Assembly (NCBI GenBank): GCA_002347685.1
Contig: DDWS01000026.1
Span: forward strand, 26,995 to 90,994
Direction: 5' to 3'
Source: Syntrophaceae bacterium UBA2280
GTDB taxonomy: Bacteria > Desulfobacterota > Syntrophia > Syntrophales > Smithellaceae
Length of the DNA stretch: 64,000 nucleotides
The translations under genes were made by a program, and so were the position numbers. Below, in pieces: positions 47,329-56,854 of this stretch (position 1 is the first letter of the stretch; each line of letters opens with the position of its first letter). The notes below the pieces were generated by a model. The model saw only the letters and a program-made list of their open reading frames with translations. It ran no database searches and was not told where the DNA came from.

Positions 47329-48966
47329 CTAGCACGGATCGACAAACGTATGACCTGCCTCATCGGGTTTTCTTGCCGGTACCGATTTGAGACCCTGCAG
47401 AATCCATTTCCGGGTATCGGCCGGATCGATGACCGCGTCGATTTCAAGATAAGCGCCCATGTTGATGGCTTTACCCCGTTGATACATGTCGGCGACCAGT
47501 TTTTCGTAGAGCGCTTCTCTTTCCTGCGGATCCGCAATGGCCTCGAGTTCCTTTTTGAAACCGGCCTTGACCGCCCCTTCGAGGCCCATCGCCCCGAATT
47601 CTCCAGTCGGCCATGCGGCGGTGAAGAATGATTCGTGGAATCCTCCTCTGGCCATCGCCATGGCGCCCAGCCCGTACCCCCTGCGCAGAAAGACTGTGAA
47701 ATAGGGAACCGTGATGTGCGAGCCGACAACGAACATGCGGCAGACATGGCGAACCTGCGCCCTTTTTTCGATTTCCGGTCCGACCATAAATCCCGGGGTA
47801 TCGCACAAAGAAAGAATCGGCAGGCCGTGCGCGTTGCAGATCTGCATTAAACGCGCCACCTTGTCCGCGCCCTCCGCCTCAATCGCCCCCGCCATGTGCA
47901 TCGGGTTGTTGGCGATGAAACCGAGCGGACGGCCCTCGATCCGCATAAATCCGGTGACCATTCCCGGCCCGAATTTGGGTTTGAGCTCCAGAAATGATCC
48001 CGTATCAGCCAGCGTTTTGATCACATTTCTGACATTGTAAGCGCGTTTCCGGTTTTCGGGAATCAGGTTGCGCAAGCGAAGCTGATCGGCGGCTTCCCAT
48101 CCGGGAGTGGTTCCCTGGAAATAGGAAAGGTACTGCCTGGCGACAGCGACCGCTTCCTGATCATCGGCCACTTCGATATCCACGACGCCGCTTTGCGTTT
48201 GAACGTCGATCGGTCCGACCTCTTCGGGTTTGAAAACGCCGAGTCCGCCGCCTTCGATCATTACGGGTCCGCCCATGCCGATATTGGAATCGCTTGTCGC
48301 AATGATGACATCGCAGCAGCCCAGCAGGGCGGCATTCCCCGCAAAACAGGGACCTGTCACGATGCCGATCATGGGAACCGCGCCGCTTAGCCTGGCAAAT
48401 GAACCGAAAGTGGACAGGTCCAGGCCTGCGATCATGACCCCCATGGCATCCACATCTCCGGGCCTGCCGCCTCCGCCTTCCGCGAAGAAAACCAGCGGCA
48501 GTCTCTGCTCGTGCGCCAGCTTCAGCATGCGATCGATTTTTTTATGATTGAAAAATCCCTGGGTGCCGGCCAAAACGGTATAGTCATAAGCCATGAACAT
48601 ACAGCGGGCTTTATCGTCAGCAAACCAGGAACGGTTGACCGAGCCGATCCCTGTGATCAGACCGTCCGTCGGAGTCTTCAAGATGAGATCCTCTTCGGAA
48701 CGCCGCCCGCGCTGCGCGGCAATCGCCAGAGCGCCATATTCAATGAAACTCCCTTCATCGCACAGCTCGGTGATGTACGCGCGAGCCGTACGCTGGTTTT
48801 TCTGCTGCCTTCGCGCCACCGCGTCGGGACGGTTCTCGTCAAGGCAAAATGCATGTCGGCGTATCACCTCGGCCAGGTCGGGTCGAATCGGATCGGCAGT
48901 GGCCGCTTTGTCATCGGAAGGCGATATTTTTTCGTTGTCGGATGTCATCGTTTCTTTATGTTTCAT
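47329..48966 (-). CDS. acyl-CoA carboxyltransferase (PccB / MmdA / GcdA family)
   Basis: Two carboxyl-transferase domains (GGGRPGD, MGGPVMIEGGG, GFIANNPMHMAGA). Start trimmed to MKHKETM (GGAG RBS). Substrate cannot be resolved from the sequence. Confidence 0.8.
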   Translation of the reverse strand: MKHKETMTSDNEKISPSDDKAATADPIRPDLAEVIRRHAFCLDENRPDAVARRQQKNQRTARAYITELCDEGSFIEYGALAIAAQRGRRSEEDLILKTPTDGLITGIGSVNRSWFADDKARCMFMAYDYTVLAGTQGFFNHKKIDRMLKLAHEQRLPLVFFAEGGGGRPGDVDAMGVMIAGLDLSTFGSFARLSGAVPMIGIVTGPCFAGNAALLGCCDVIIATSDSNIGMGGPVMIEGGGLGVFKPEEVGPIDVQTQSGVVDIEVADDQEAVAVARQYLSYFQGTTPGWEAADQLRLRNLIPENRKRAYNVRNVIKTLADTGSFLELKPKFGPGMVTGFMRIEGRPLGFIANNPMHMAGAIEAEGADKVARLMQICNAHGLPILSLCDTPGFMVGPEIEKRAQVRHVCRMFVVGSHITVPYFTVFLRRGYGLGAMAMARGGFHESFFTAAWPTGEFGAMGLEGAVKAGFKKELEAIADPQEREALYEKLVADMYQRGKAINMGAYLEIDAVIDPADTRKWILQGLKSVPARKPDEAGHTFVDPC

Positions 48967-49186
48967 AGTAAAAAAACTCCAGGGTATTTCCTTGTTATTC
49001 TGATTGAGAAAAGATGCTCCATGCCAATGCAGTGCAAAATTTCTACTATATTTACATCGATTATTCAATGGATACGACCGGCCCGCCGGAAAGCAGCCAT
49101 TGCATGATCGGATGCGGTTTCAATAATCAGATCGGGATTTGCTTTCCCGGCCGCTTGCAGCGCCCCGGCACACCCCGATCCATCCC

Positions 49187-50521
49187 TTACCGGATACCAA
49201 ATTTTTCGAAGATAAAATCCGTGTCCTCCCCGATGCGGGCGGAGACTTTTTTGACTCGAAGCGGCGTTTTCGACATCTTCCCGGTTACAGGAAGCTTGAG
49301 TCCTCCGCAGGACGGATCATCCACCTTAAAGAAGGTGTTTCGCACCTTCCAGTGTTCCACCTCCATGACTTCCATGGGACGCAGCATGCGGGTAGTCACC
49401 GGAAGACCGCCGCCGCGCCACTTTGAACGAGCGGCCTTGAGGCAGAAAGCCTGAAATTTCGTAAATATTTCATTAAAGGTCATGTTGGCCACGGCCTTTT
49501 CAATTTCACGGTTGAGCGTCTTGGCCCTTTCGATATCGTCGGTAATCCGGTCCAGAAGCGTTTTCCAGTCCTCCTCGATATGCCACAGCCCCAGAATCCG
49601 AAGAGCCGCCCTGAAATCCTGGTCCCGGAAACAGGCAATGGCCACGTAACCGTCTTTGCATTTGAAGAATCCGTACGGGCAAAGCCCGTAATCGAGCGTC
49701 CCGTAACGGGGACGCGGTTTTTTCCAGATATATCCGACGGTTGGCGGAAACCCCACGCAAGATGAATAGGAATCGGCTGTGGCCACATCGATCATTTGCC
49801 CCTGACCGGTTCGCCCTTTAAAGAAAAGGGCCATCAGGCTGCTGCACACAGCCGACACGGCGCTCGTGTATCCGGCCGTGTAGAAGCCTGCCCTGGTCGG
49901 CCAGTTGTAGGGTTCCGGATCATCGGGCAGGCCGCCGATAAGGCCTGCCATTCCTGATTCGGCCTGACTGGTGAGATCCGACCACGGCTGGGACGCCATT
50001 TCTTTTGCCTGACGAGTGTACTGGCCGTAGGGCGTGATTGCCAGATATATCAGAGACGGATTGATTTCCTTGAGCTGCCGGTAGCCGATTCCCAGACGGT
50101 CCATCAGACCGGGCTCAAAGGTTTCAATGAGCATATCCGCCTTTTTCACAAGCGCAATAAACTTTTTTTTGTCCTCTTCGTTTTGAATGTCCAGGATGAC
50201 GTTGTGCTTGTTTCTGCTCTCCATGAGATAGGGAATCCCGGTGCCTTCGACGGTTTTTCCGTAAGGTGTCATCAGGCGCGACGGATCGCCATCCGGAGGT
50301 TCTATCCTGATCACAAAAGCCCCCGCCTCGGCAAGAAGGCTCGAAGCGATAGTACCGGTAAAATTGGCATAGCTCAAGTCAAGGACAACCGTGTCGCTGA
50401 GCGCCTCCGGTTTTCCCTGCGGCGACATGATTTCGGAGATGACTTTGCTCCATTCCGAAATCCGCTTCGCGGCTTGCTTGTTTTGCATATGCCGTGAATA
50501 TACTTTTTCCTTACTCGACAT
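49187..50521 (-). CDS. family III CoA-transferase (CaiB/BaiF/Frc family), paralog 2
   Basis: VVLDLS...LLAEAGAFVIRIEPP N-terminal signature and DLTSQAESGMAG catalytic Asp region. Start trimmed to MSSKEK, overlapping the upstream stop by 11 nt. Confidence 0.8.
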   Translation of the reverse strand: MSSKEKVYSRHMQNKQAAKRISEWSKVISEIMSPQGKPEALSDTVVLDLSYANFTGTIASSLLAEAGAFVIRIEPPDGDPSRLMTPYGKTVEGTGIPYLMESRNKHNVILDIQNEEDKKKFIALVKKADMLIETFEPGLMDRLGIGYRQLKEINPSLIYLAITPYGQYTRQAKEMASQPWSDLTSQAESGMAGLIGGLPDDPEPYNWPTRAGFYTAGYTSAVSAVCSSLMALFFKGRTGQGQMIDVATADSYSSCVGFPPTVGYIWKKPRPRYGTLDYGLCPYGFFKCKDGYVAIACFRDQDFRAALRILGLWHIEEDWKTLLDRITDDIERAKTLNREIEKAVANMTFNEIFTKFQAFCLKAARSKWRGGGLPVTTRMLRPMEVMEVEHWKVRNTFFKVDDPSCGGLKLPVTGKMSKTPLRVKKVSARIGEDTDFIFEKFGIR

Positions 50522-51872
50522 CGCTTTCACCACCATAGTTGAATAATTTGTCTTCCTCAATATTGTAATACACCGGGGGCCGCTGTCCCACGCGGTAATC
50601 CCACCCCCCGACAACCTGCTCTTTTTCGAGTTTCAGAATATCTTCTTCCGATAGCCCCAAACGGGTTTTCAGGATGTAGCGATTATGATATCCGATCGGC
50701 CGTGTCAGCCATTTGACCCTTCCCGGTGTTTCACTCATCATCGCCGCGGAACCGGCCATGACCAGTTTTTGATACATCGGATCGTCAAATTCCACGACGG
50801 AACCGCGTTCTTTCCGCCACGGATCTGTGCTGATCTGGACATCATCCTGGACTTCACCCAGAGGAAAACGGCAGGACTTTCTAAGCTCGCGAAGTTCATC
50901 GGCTGAAGTTGAAGCCATCCAATCGGACACAATCCGGTTTAATTCTGAGGCGTTTTCGGGTTTACACCGGTCCAGGGATCCGGCGAAACGACTGTCCTTC
51001 ATCAGATCCTCTCTGTTGAGGACCCTGCCTAAAGCGGCGAACTGCTCATCCGTGCCGATGGAAAGGGCGAAAAAGGCACCATCCGATGTCTTGAAAATGC
51101 CCGATGGAGATGCGGTGGGATCCTGATTGCCCGTGCGGCCGATTTCTTCGCCGGTGACACTGCTGTAAGTGAAATGAAACAGGGAACGCATCAGAATTTC
51201 CGCCTGGCAGATATCCAGATACTGCCCTTCGCCCGTTTTCTCCCGATAGTTGAGCGCCATCATGATCAGCATGGCGGCGAAAAATCCCGGATAGAAATCC
51301 CCGTAGAAATCCGGGACCTTGAAATAATGTTCCGTATCGGGATATCCGGTGCTGCTGATGACGCCACTGGCTCCCTGGGCCAGCAAATCCCATCCGGGGA
51401 AAAAGCGAAAGGGTCCGGACTGTCCGAACGTGCTCAGGCTCGCATAAATAATTTTCGGATTGACGGCCCGTGTCTGGGTATAGCCGATTCCCCAGGCTTC
51501 GACAGTTCCGCTGGCGAAGTTTTCAATCACGATGTCGGACTGTTCGGCAAGCTTCAGGATAAGGTCCTTTCCCCGGGGATACTTCACGTCGATTCCGACA
51601 AAATACTTGCTGTGATTGATGAAGTGCCACATGGGGTTTGAGTGCTTCCAGTATTTCCCCCAGTAGGTGGCGCTGCGCCAGTAGTCCCCCTGGTAGGGCA
51701 CTTCGACCTTGATCACTTCAGCGCCATGTTCGGCCAGGACGTTGGCTGCCTTGGGACCGAAAATCATGTGCGACAAATCGAGCACCCGGATGCCTTTTAA
51801 CGCTTCCGACTTTTTTTCCACCTTGGTGCGGTCGAAGGCGTCGGCCATGTATGAAAAATAATCATTGTTCAT
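50511..51872 (-). CDS. family III CoA-transferase (CaiB/BaiF/Frc family), paralog 1
   Basis: LKGIRVLDLSHMIFGPKAANVLAEHGAEVIKVE signature and WDLLAQGASG catalytic Asp region. Confidence 0.85.
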   Translation of the reverse strand: MNNDYFSYMADAFDRTKVEKKSEALKGIRVLDLSHMIFGPKAANVLAEHGAEVIKVEVPYQGDYWRSATYWGKYWKHSNPMWHFINHSKYFVGIDVKYPRGKDLILKLAEQSDIVIENFASGTVEAWGIGYTQTRAVNPKIIYASLSTFGQSGPFRFFPGWDLLAQGASGVISSTGYPDTEHYFKVPDFYGDFYPGFFAAMLIMMALNYREKTGEGQYLDICQAEILMRSLFHFTYSSVTGEEIGRTGNQDPTASPSGIFKTSDGAFFALSIGTDEQFAALGRVLNREDLMKDSRFAGSLDRCKPENASELNRIVSDWMASTSADELRELRKSCRFPLGEVQDDVQISTDPWRKERGSVVEFDDPMYQKLVMAGSAAMMSETPGRVKWLTRPIGYHNRYILKTRLGLSEEDILKLEKEQVVGGWDYRVGQRPPVYYNIEEDKLFNYGGESDVE

Positions 51873-51876
51873 AGAA

Positions 51877-52581
51877 CTAGACTCCCATGTAAGCTTTCTT
51901 GATCAATTCGCTTTTAAGCAGATCCTTGCTCTTCCCATCCAGAACGATTTCTCCATCCTGCATGACGTATCCCCTGTTGCTGATTTCAAGGGCGATCTGA
52001 GCATTCTGCTCGGCGAGAAATACGGTGATGCCCTGTTTCGGCAGGATTTCGATTGCACTGTATATCTGCTGTTGAAACGCAGGGCTCAATCCAAGTGACG
52101 GTTCGTCGATCATCAGGAGCTTCGGCCGCGCCATCAATCCCCGGGCGATCACCAGCATCTGCTGCTCGCCGCCGCTCATCAGGCTGGCCCGCTGGGCACT
52201 CCGTTCCGCGAGCCTGGGAAACATTTTCGACACCTGCTCGTACATCTCGTGGCGCCCGCTCCAGGCTTTCCGGGTACTTGCCCCCATGAAAAGATTTTCT
52301 TTCACCGACAGATAAGGAAAGATTTTCCTTCCTTCGGGTATCTGAGAAATGCCCATACGCACGACGTCCTGGGGCGGCAGCTTCTCGATCGATTTTCCGA
52401 GAAACTCGATGGTGCCCGCTGTTCCATGGAGGATGGCTGAAATCGTATTGAGCAGTGTGGTCTTGCCTGCTCCGTTTGAACCCAGAAGCGAAACCAGTTC
52501 TCCTTCTTTTATGGTCAGGTTCACGCGGTGCAAAACCGGAATGACGCCGTAAGAGACGTCCAGATTTTTAATGGTAAGCAT
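51877..52581 (-). CDS. branched-chain amino acid-type ABC transporter ATP-binding protein (LivF-like)
   Basis: Walker A GSNGAGKTT, signature MSGGEQQML. Confidence 0.9.
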   Translation of the reverse strand: MLTIKNLDVSYGVIPVLHRVNLTIKEGELVSLLGSNGAGKTTLLNTISAILHGTAGTIEFLGKSIEKLPPQDVVRMGISQIPEGRKIFPYLSVKENLFMGASTRKAWSGRHEMYEQVSKMFPRLAERSAQRASLMSGGEQQMLVIARGLMARPKLLMIDEPSLGLSPAFQQQIYSAIEILPKQGITVFLAEQNAQIALEISNRGYVMQDGEIVLDGKSKDLLKSELIKKAYMGV

Positions 52582-52582
52582 G

Positions 52583-53308
52583 TCAGTGTTTACCCCCTAA
52601 ATAAGCCTCAATAATATGCGGATCTTTAACAATCTGCTCGGGCGGACCCTCGGCGATCTTTTTCCCGTACTGTAAGACGACAATGCGCTGGGCGGCCTTC
52701 ATGATGATTTTCATGACATGTTCGATCCACAGGATGGTAATGCCGAATTGTTCCTGTGCGCTCCAGATCATCTCGAGGGCCCGTTCCGATTCCACGGGAT
52801 TGAGACCCGCCATGGCTTCATCGAGCAGGAGCAGTTTTGGCGTCGTCGCCAGCGCCCGGGCCAGTTCGAGCATTCTGAGCTCATAGAGATTGAGATTGCT
52901 GGCCAGTTCATCGCGTTTGGAAAAAAGACCGACAAATTCCAGATAGTAAGACGCTTCGAGTCCCGCGTCGCCTAAACTCATGTTGGTCCGCTTCTTGCCG
53001 TTTAAAACACTCGTCACGACAGACGCCAGCGCCGTCATGGCATAAAAGGGCTGCGGAATCTGATAGGTTCTCGATACGCCCAGTTTGCAAATCTTGTCCG
53101 ATGTCATCCCGGTGATTTGAGTTCCCTCAAAATGGATCGATCCGTCAGAGGGCTGATAAAGTCCGCAGATGATATTCATCATCGTTGTTTTTCCCGCGCC
53201 GTTGGGACCGATCAGCCCGACAACTTCATTTTTGCCCACGGAAAAGCTGACATCATCGAGCGCCCGAAGGCCGCCGAAACTAATACCTACATTCTTGATT
53301 TCTATCAC
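52583..53308 (-). CDS. branched-chain amino acid-type ABC transporter ATP-binding protein (LivG-like)
   Basis: Walker A GPNGAGKTT and LivG-type C-terminus. Confidence 0.9.
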   Translation of the reverse strand: MIEIKNVGISFGGLRALDDVSFSVGKNEVVGLIGPNGAGKTTMMNIICGLYQPSDGSIHFEGTQITGMTSDKICKLGVSRTYQIPQPFYAMTALASVVTSVLNGKKRTNMSLGDAGLEASYYLEFVGLFSKRDELASNLNLYELRMLELARALATTPKLLLLDEAMAGLNPVESERALEMIWSAQEQFGITILWIEHVMKIIMKAAQRIVVLQYGKKIAEGPPEQIVKDPHIIEAYLGGKH

Positions 53309-53387
53309 GTCTTGAGCATCTCCTTTACATATGAGAACGAACCTTTGCCCGTCTGTACACGGCGGTGACGAATGGCCTCATCTCTTC

Positions 53388-54431
53388 TTATTCACGGCGT
53401 ACATGCATCTTGGGATAGTAATCCCGGGGATGTCTTTTCTTGTAGAGCCCCCAGAGCCCCTCCCCGCGGGGCAAAAGATAAATCATCGCAACCAGGACCA
53501 GCGGAAACACCCAGTGGCTGATGTGGCCAAAGCTCCGCAGGGCTTCTTCGATGATGGACACCGCATAGGCGCCGGGAACCGCACCGAAGACGGAGGCGCG
53601 TCCTCCGATGATCACGATGAAGAGCACCTTCAGCATGAACTCGAGCGGCAGGTACGTCACACCGGCGAAGGATCGGAAGGTATGGACAATAAACCATCCT
53701 ACAATGCCGGTGAGAATGGAGGGAACCACATAGTAGATCACCTTATAAAAGCTGACATTGATGCCCATCATCCGCGCCACATTTTCATTTTCATTGATCG
53801 CCGCCAGTGAAACGCCGAACCGGGATTTGGTGATCTTATGGGCCCCCAACAGGTACAGGAGCATTAAAAACAGCGACAGATAATAATAGGACAGGTAATT
53901 CCACTTGACCCGGCCCAGATCGAAAAGGGGACTCATCCCGAAAAGACCCACCTCGCCTCTGAAGATATCACCGAACTGGTAGGTCAAATCAAGAAAGGCC
54001 AGGGGCAAAATCAGGGTGATGAGTGAAAAATAAAGCCCGCGGGCGATCCAGGTGATCGGACTGAGCATCAGGGCAACCGACCCGCAGACAAAAATGGTCC
54101 CCAGAAGCGTGAAGAAAGGGTTCCAGCCGAAAGAAAGGTTCAAAAGCGCCGCCGTGTACCCCCCGATTCCCAGGTAAAACTGGGGTCCGAAATTCACCCG
54201 GGCCGTTCCAAGAATCTGCAGGCTCAAGGGGATGGCGAGGGCGGCCAGGAGATTGGCCGTGGTGAGCATCGTCAGCAGATGCGGGTATGAAAAAAAGAAC
54301 AACGGCAATATCAGCAGAAACGCCACACCGAAAGTCGGATTCCGCCAGTAGCGGGGCTCTATGCACCACTCATATTTCTGCGTTCCCCATCTGAGCAAAA
54401 CGCGATCCCGTTTCAGATCAACACTTACCAT
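53388..54431 (-). CDS. ABC transporter permease (LivM-like)
   Basis: Polytopic membrane protein of the LivM family. Overlaps the livH-like stop. Confidence 0.85.
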   Translation of the reverse strand: MVSVDLKRDRVLLRWGTQKYEWCIEPRYWRNPTFGVAFLLILPLFFFSYPHLLTMLTTANLLAALAIPLSLQILGTARVNFGPQFYLGIGGYTAALLNLSFGWNPFFTLLGTIFVCGSVALMLSPITWIARGLYFSLITLILPLAFLDLTYQFGDIFRGEVGLFGMSPLFDLGRVKWNYLSYYYLSLFLMLLYLLGAHKITKSRFGVSLAAINENENVARMMGINVSFYKVIYYVVPSILTGIVGWFIVHTFRSFAGVTYLPLEFMLKVLFIVIIGGRASVFGAVPGAYAVSIIEEALRSFGHISHWVFPLVLVAMIYLLPRGEGLWGLYKKRHPRDYYPKMHVRRE

Positions 54432-55315
54432 ATCGTTTCTCCCTCCACTATTCCGCCCCGTTTAACAATGAGGAATACAAGTGTTACAAAGAGCGCCGCG
54501 AAACTCATGAATCGTGGAGCCAGTAAAAAGCTTGTCGAAAAATGCACAAAGGCAATCAGGTACGAGGCAATGATGTTGCCTTTGAGATTGCCCAGCCCTC
54601 CCAGAATGGCGATCAACAGCGCCGTAATCAGAAGCGGTTGACCCATGTGCGGATCAATACTCCAGAAGGGCGCGATCATGATCACGCACAGGGAAGGCGG
54701 GATCACAGCCAGAATCATGGCGAGGTAATACATGTTGTTCACGGAGGCCCCCATAAGCCTGGCGGCGTTTAAATCCTGACTCATCGCCCTGATAATCAGG
54801 CCGATTCTGGTTTTCATGAACATGAAAATAAAGAGCGCCGTCACGACAATGCCGACGATCGCCGCGGCGATCATCTGATAGGACACATTGACGACACCGA
54901 TGGTCGCAACCCCCTGAAACAACGTCGTCGGAAGGTTGACTCCCGCCGTCACGGGATACAACCAGTTCACGAAATGACTGGCGGCAAGAAACAGAAGAAT
55001 GGAAACCACCAGAAGGTTCTCCTCTTCATCCAGATATCTTTGAAAGACCCCCTTGTAAAAGACGACGACAGCGATGAATATCTGTAAAAGCAGCATGAGG
55101 ATGATGCTTGGAATCAGCCCCAGGTTCATATCGGACAGGAAGAACCACAAACCATAGGCGGCCAATACAAAAGTGATGCCGTATCCGAGGTGAAAAATGC
55201 GCAATACGCCGCAAATCAATGAAAAACCTATGGAAATCAGAAGATAGATCGATCCCCATATAACCGTGTAGATCAGAATGTTCTCAATTACAGCAACCAT
55301 GTCATAATCTCTCAT
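54425..55315 (-). CDS. ABC transporter permease (LivH-like)
   Basis: Polytopic membrane protein of the LivH family. Confidence 0.85.
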   Translation of the reverse strand: MRDYDMVAVIENILIYTVIWGSIYLLISIGFSLICGVLRIFHLGYGITFVLAAYGLWFFLSDMNLGLIPSIILMLLLQIFIAVVVFYKGVFQRYLDEEENLLVVSILLFLAASHFVNWLYPVTAGVNLPTTLFQGVATIGVVNVSYQMIAAAIVGIVVTALFIFMFMKTRIGLIIRAMSQDLNAARLMGASVNNMYYLAMILAVIPPSLCVIMIAPFWSIDPHMGQPLLITALLIAILGGLGNLKGNIIASYLIAFVHFSTSFLLAPRFMSFAALFVTLVFLIVKRGGIVEGETIW

Positions 55316-55393
55316 TGGGGGGGCGCCCGTTGAGGGCGCCCCCTGTTGTTTATTTCCGCTGCTACTTCGTACCGGGGCAAACGGATCGGGAGC

Positions 55394-56656
55394 TTACTTT
55401 CTCAATTTCGCCGGTGACATGAATTTTCCGGTGGCGATGTTTTTGGGATAAATCGGCACCATTTTCCCGTCCTGCCATTGAACGATGGGCGTCACGTATG
55501 CCGGATAGGGGAGATTATGATGGTTCTTGGCATCCCATCCGATGGTTCCGAGAACCGCCGTTTCTTTCACATTTTCAAGCTCATGGATGACTTTTTCAAT
55601 GTCCTTGGTGTCGCCTGCCTGCTGAAGGGCTTTCCTGTAGCCGAAAAGCGTGTCATATGTGGTGTGTGATCCGAAAATAGGCCCCACCTTGTATTTCTCA
55701 ATCATGTTGTCCATGAAGGGAATTGTTTTTTCAGTGATGGGAACCTTGACAAAGGACGAACCGATGCTTCCGCCGGCGATCATGCCGTCGGTCATTTTCC
55801 AGGCCATCGGCATGCCGGCAATTCCGCCCCAGAAGAACCATGGGATGTCGCGGGCGCTGGATTGAGCCCACTGCTTGATAAAGGAAGCCTGATCGATATA
55901 TCCCATGACGCCGTCGATGGCATCGGCGCCTGATTTCGTGATATCATCAAACAGGGTGCTGAACACTTTCTGATCCAGTGATATCGTCGCTTCATAGACG
56001 ACGTCAAAACCCTTGCTCTTATAAATATCCTTGAGGCTGGGTGAAACTCCCGGGATACCCCGACGGATGGGCTGGGTCCATGCCATGTCTTCATACAGCA
56101 AGGCGATTTTCTTTGAGCCGATGTAATTTTTATGGAAATCGGGCAGAATTTGTCCACCAAGAATCTGGAGGTAATGGGTGGCTACGAAATAATAGGTATG
56201 GAAGGCGAATTTGTACCGGTCATAGTTATCCCGCACAAGATGCCAGATATCGTCGGTTCCGCCAATGGTGCAAAACATGATGTGCGGGAATTCACGGAAA
56301 AGCTCAGCGCCGATCTGGGCTCCCGCCACGCCCATTTCAACCTTCTCAGCCACAACCACGGCATCCACCCGGTTGTGCATAACCAGTTTCTTATACACCT
56401 CGATGCCTTTGGGGATTTCTCCCTTGGTGTCTTCCGAAATCAACTCCACCGGACGCCCCAGAATGCCTCCGGACGCGTTCATCTCTTCAACCGCCAGCTT
56501 TGCCGCCGCCTGAGCGCTCAGCGAGAAAGGTGCTGAGAGATTACCCATAAAGCCGATCTTGATTGGTTTACCCTTCTGTGCCATCGCCGGTGAAATCCCC
56601 AGCGTCAGGCCAAGAACAACTGCGAGAACGATGAAAAAAATGCGTGCTTTGTTCAT
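55394..56656 (-). CDS. ABC transporter substrate-binding protein (type 1 PBP, LivK-like)
   Basis: Signal peptide ending AMAQ and IKIGFMGNLSAPF. Ligand not inferable. Confidence 0.85.
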   Translation of the reverse strand: MNKARIFFIVLAVVLGLTLGISPAMAQKGKPIKIGFMGNLSAPFSLSAQAAAKLAVEEMNASGGILGRPVELISEDTKGEIPKGIEVYKKLVMHNRVDAVVVAEKVEMGVAGAQIGAELFREFPHIMFCTIGGTDDIWHLVRDNYDRYKFAFHTYYFVATHYLQILGGQILPDFHKNYIGSKKIALLYEDMAWTQPIRRGIPGVSPSLKDIYKSKGFDVVYEATISLDQKVFSTLFDDITKSGADAIDGVMGYIDQASFIKQWAQSSARDIPWFFWGGIAGMPMAWKMTDGMIAGGSIGSSFVKVPITEKTIPFMDNMIEKYKVGPIFGSHTTYDTLFGYRKALQQAGDTKDIEKVIHELENVKETAVLGTIGWDAKNHHNLPYPAYVTPIVQWQDGKMVPIYPKNIATGKFMSPAKLRK

Positions 56657-56697
56657 GTGATCCTCCTTTTTAAATGACGATAAACTTCAAATTCTTA

Positions 56698-56712
56698 GCA
56701 ACCATTGTGCCA
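56698..56712 (-). promoter_or_regulatory. sigma-54 (-24/-12) promoter of the liv-like / CoA-transferase operon
   Basis: The minus strand reads TGGCAC-AATGG-TTGC, an exact consensus match, about 40 nt upstream of the SBP ATG. Confidence 0.8.
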
Positions 56713-56788
56713 TGAGAAAACAAGCAAGCAACTACTTGTTATTCAAAGTATTTCTCATTAAAAAAGCACAACGCTTTCAAAAAAACAC

Positions 56789-56802
56789 AACGATATATCG
56801 TT
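56789..56802. promoter_or_regulatory. candidate enhancer (UAS) palindrome AACGATATATCGTT
   Basis: Perfect 14-bp palindrome centred about 85 bp upstream of the -24 element. The 14-mer ACGATATATCGTTA is repeated at 60371. Confidence 0.55.
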
Positions 56803-56854
56803 AACAAACTAAATATGATATTATTTTTGTAGAAATGGCGAAGGCAGGGCCGAA

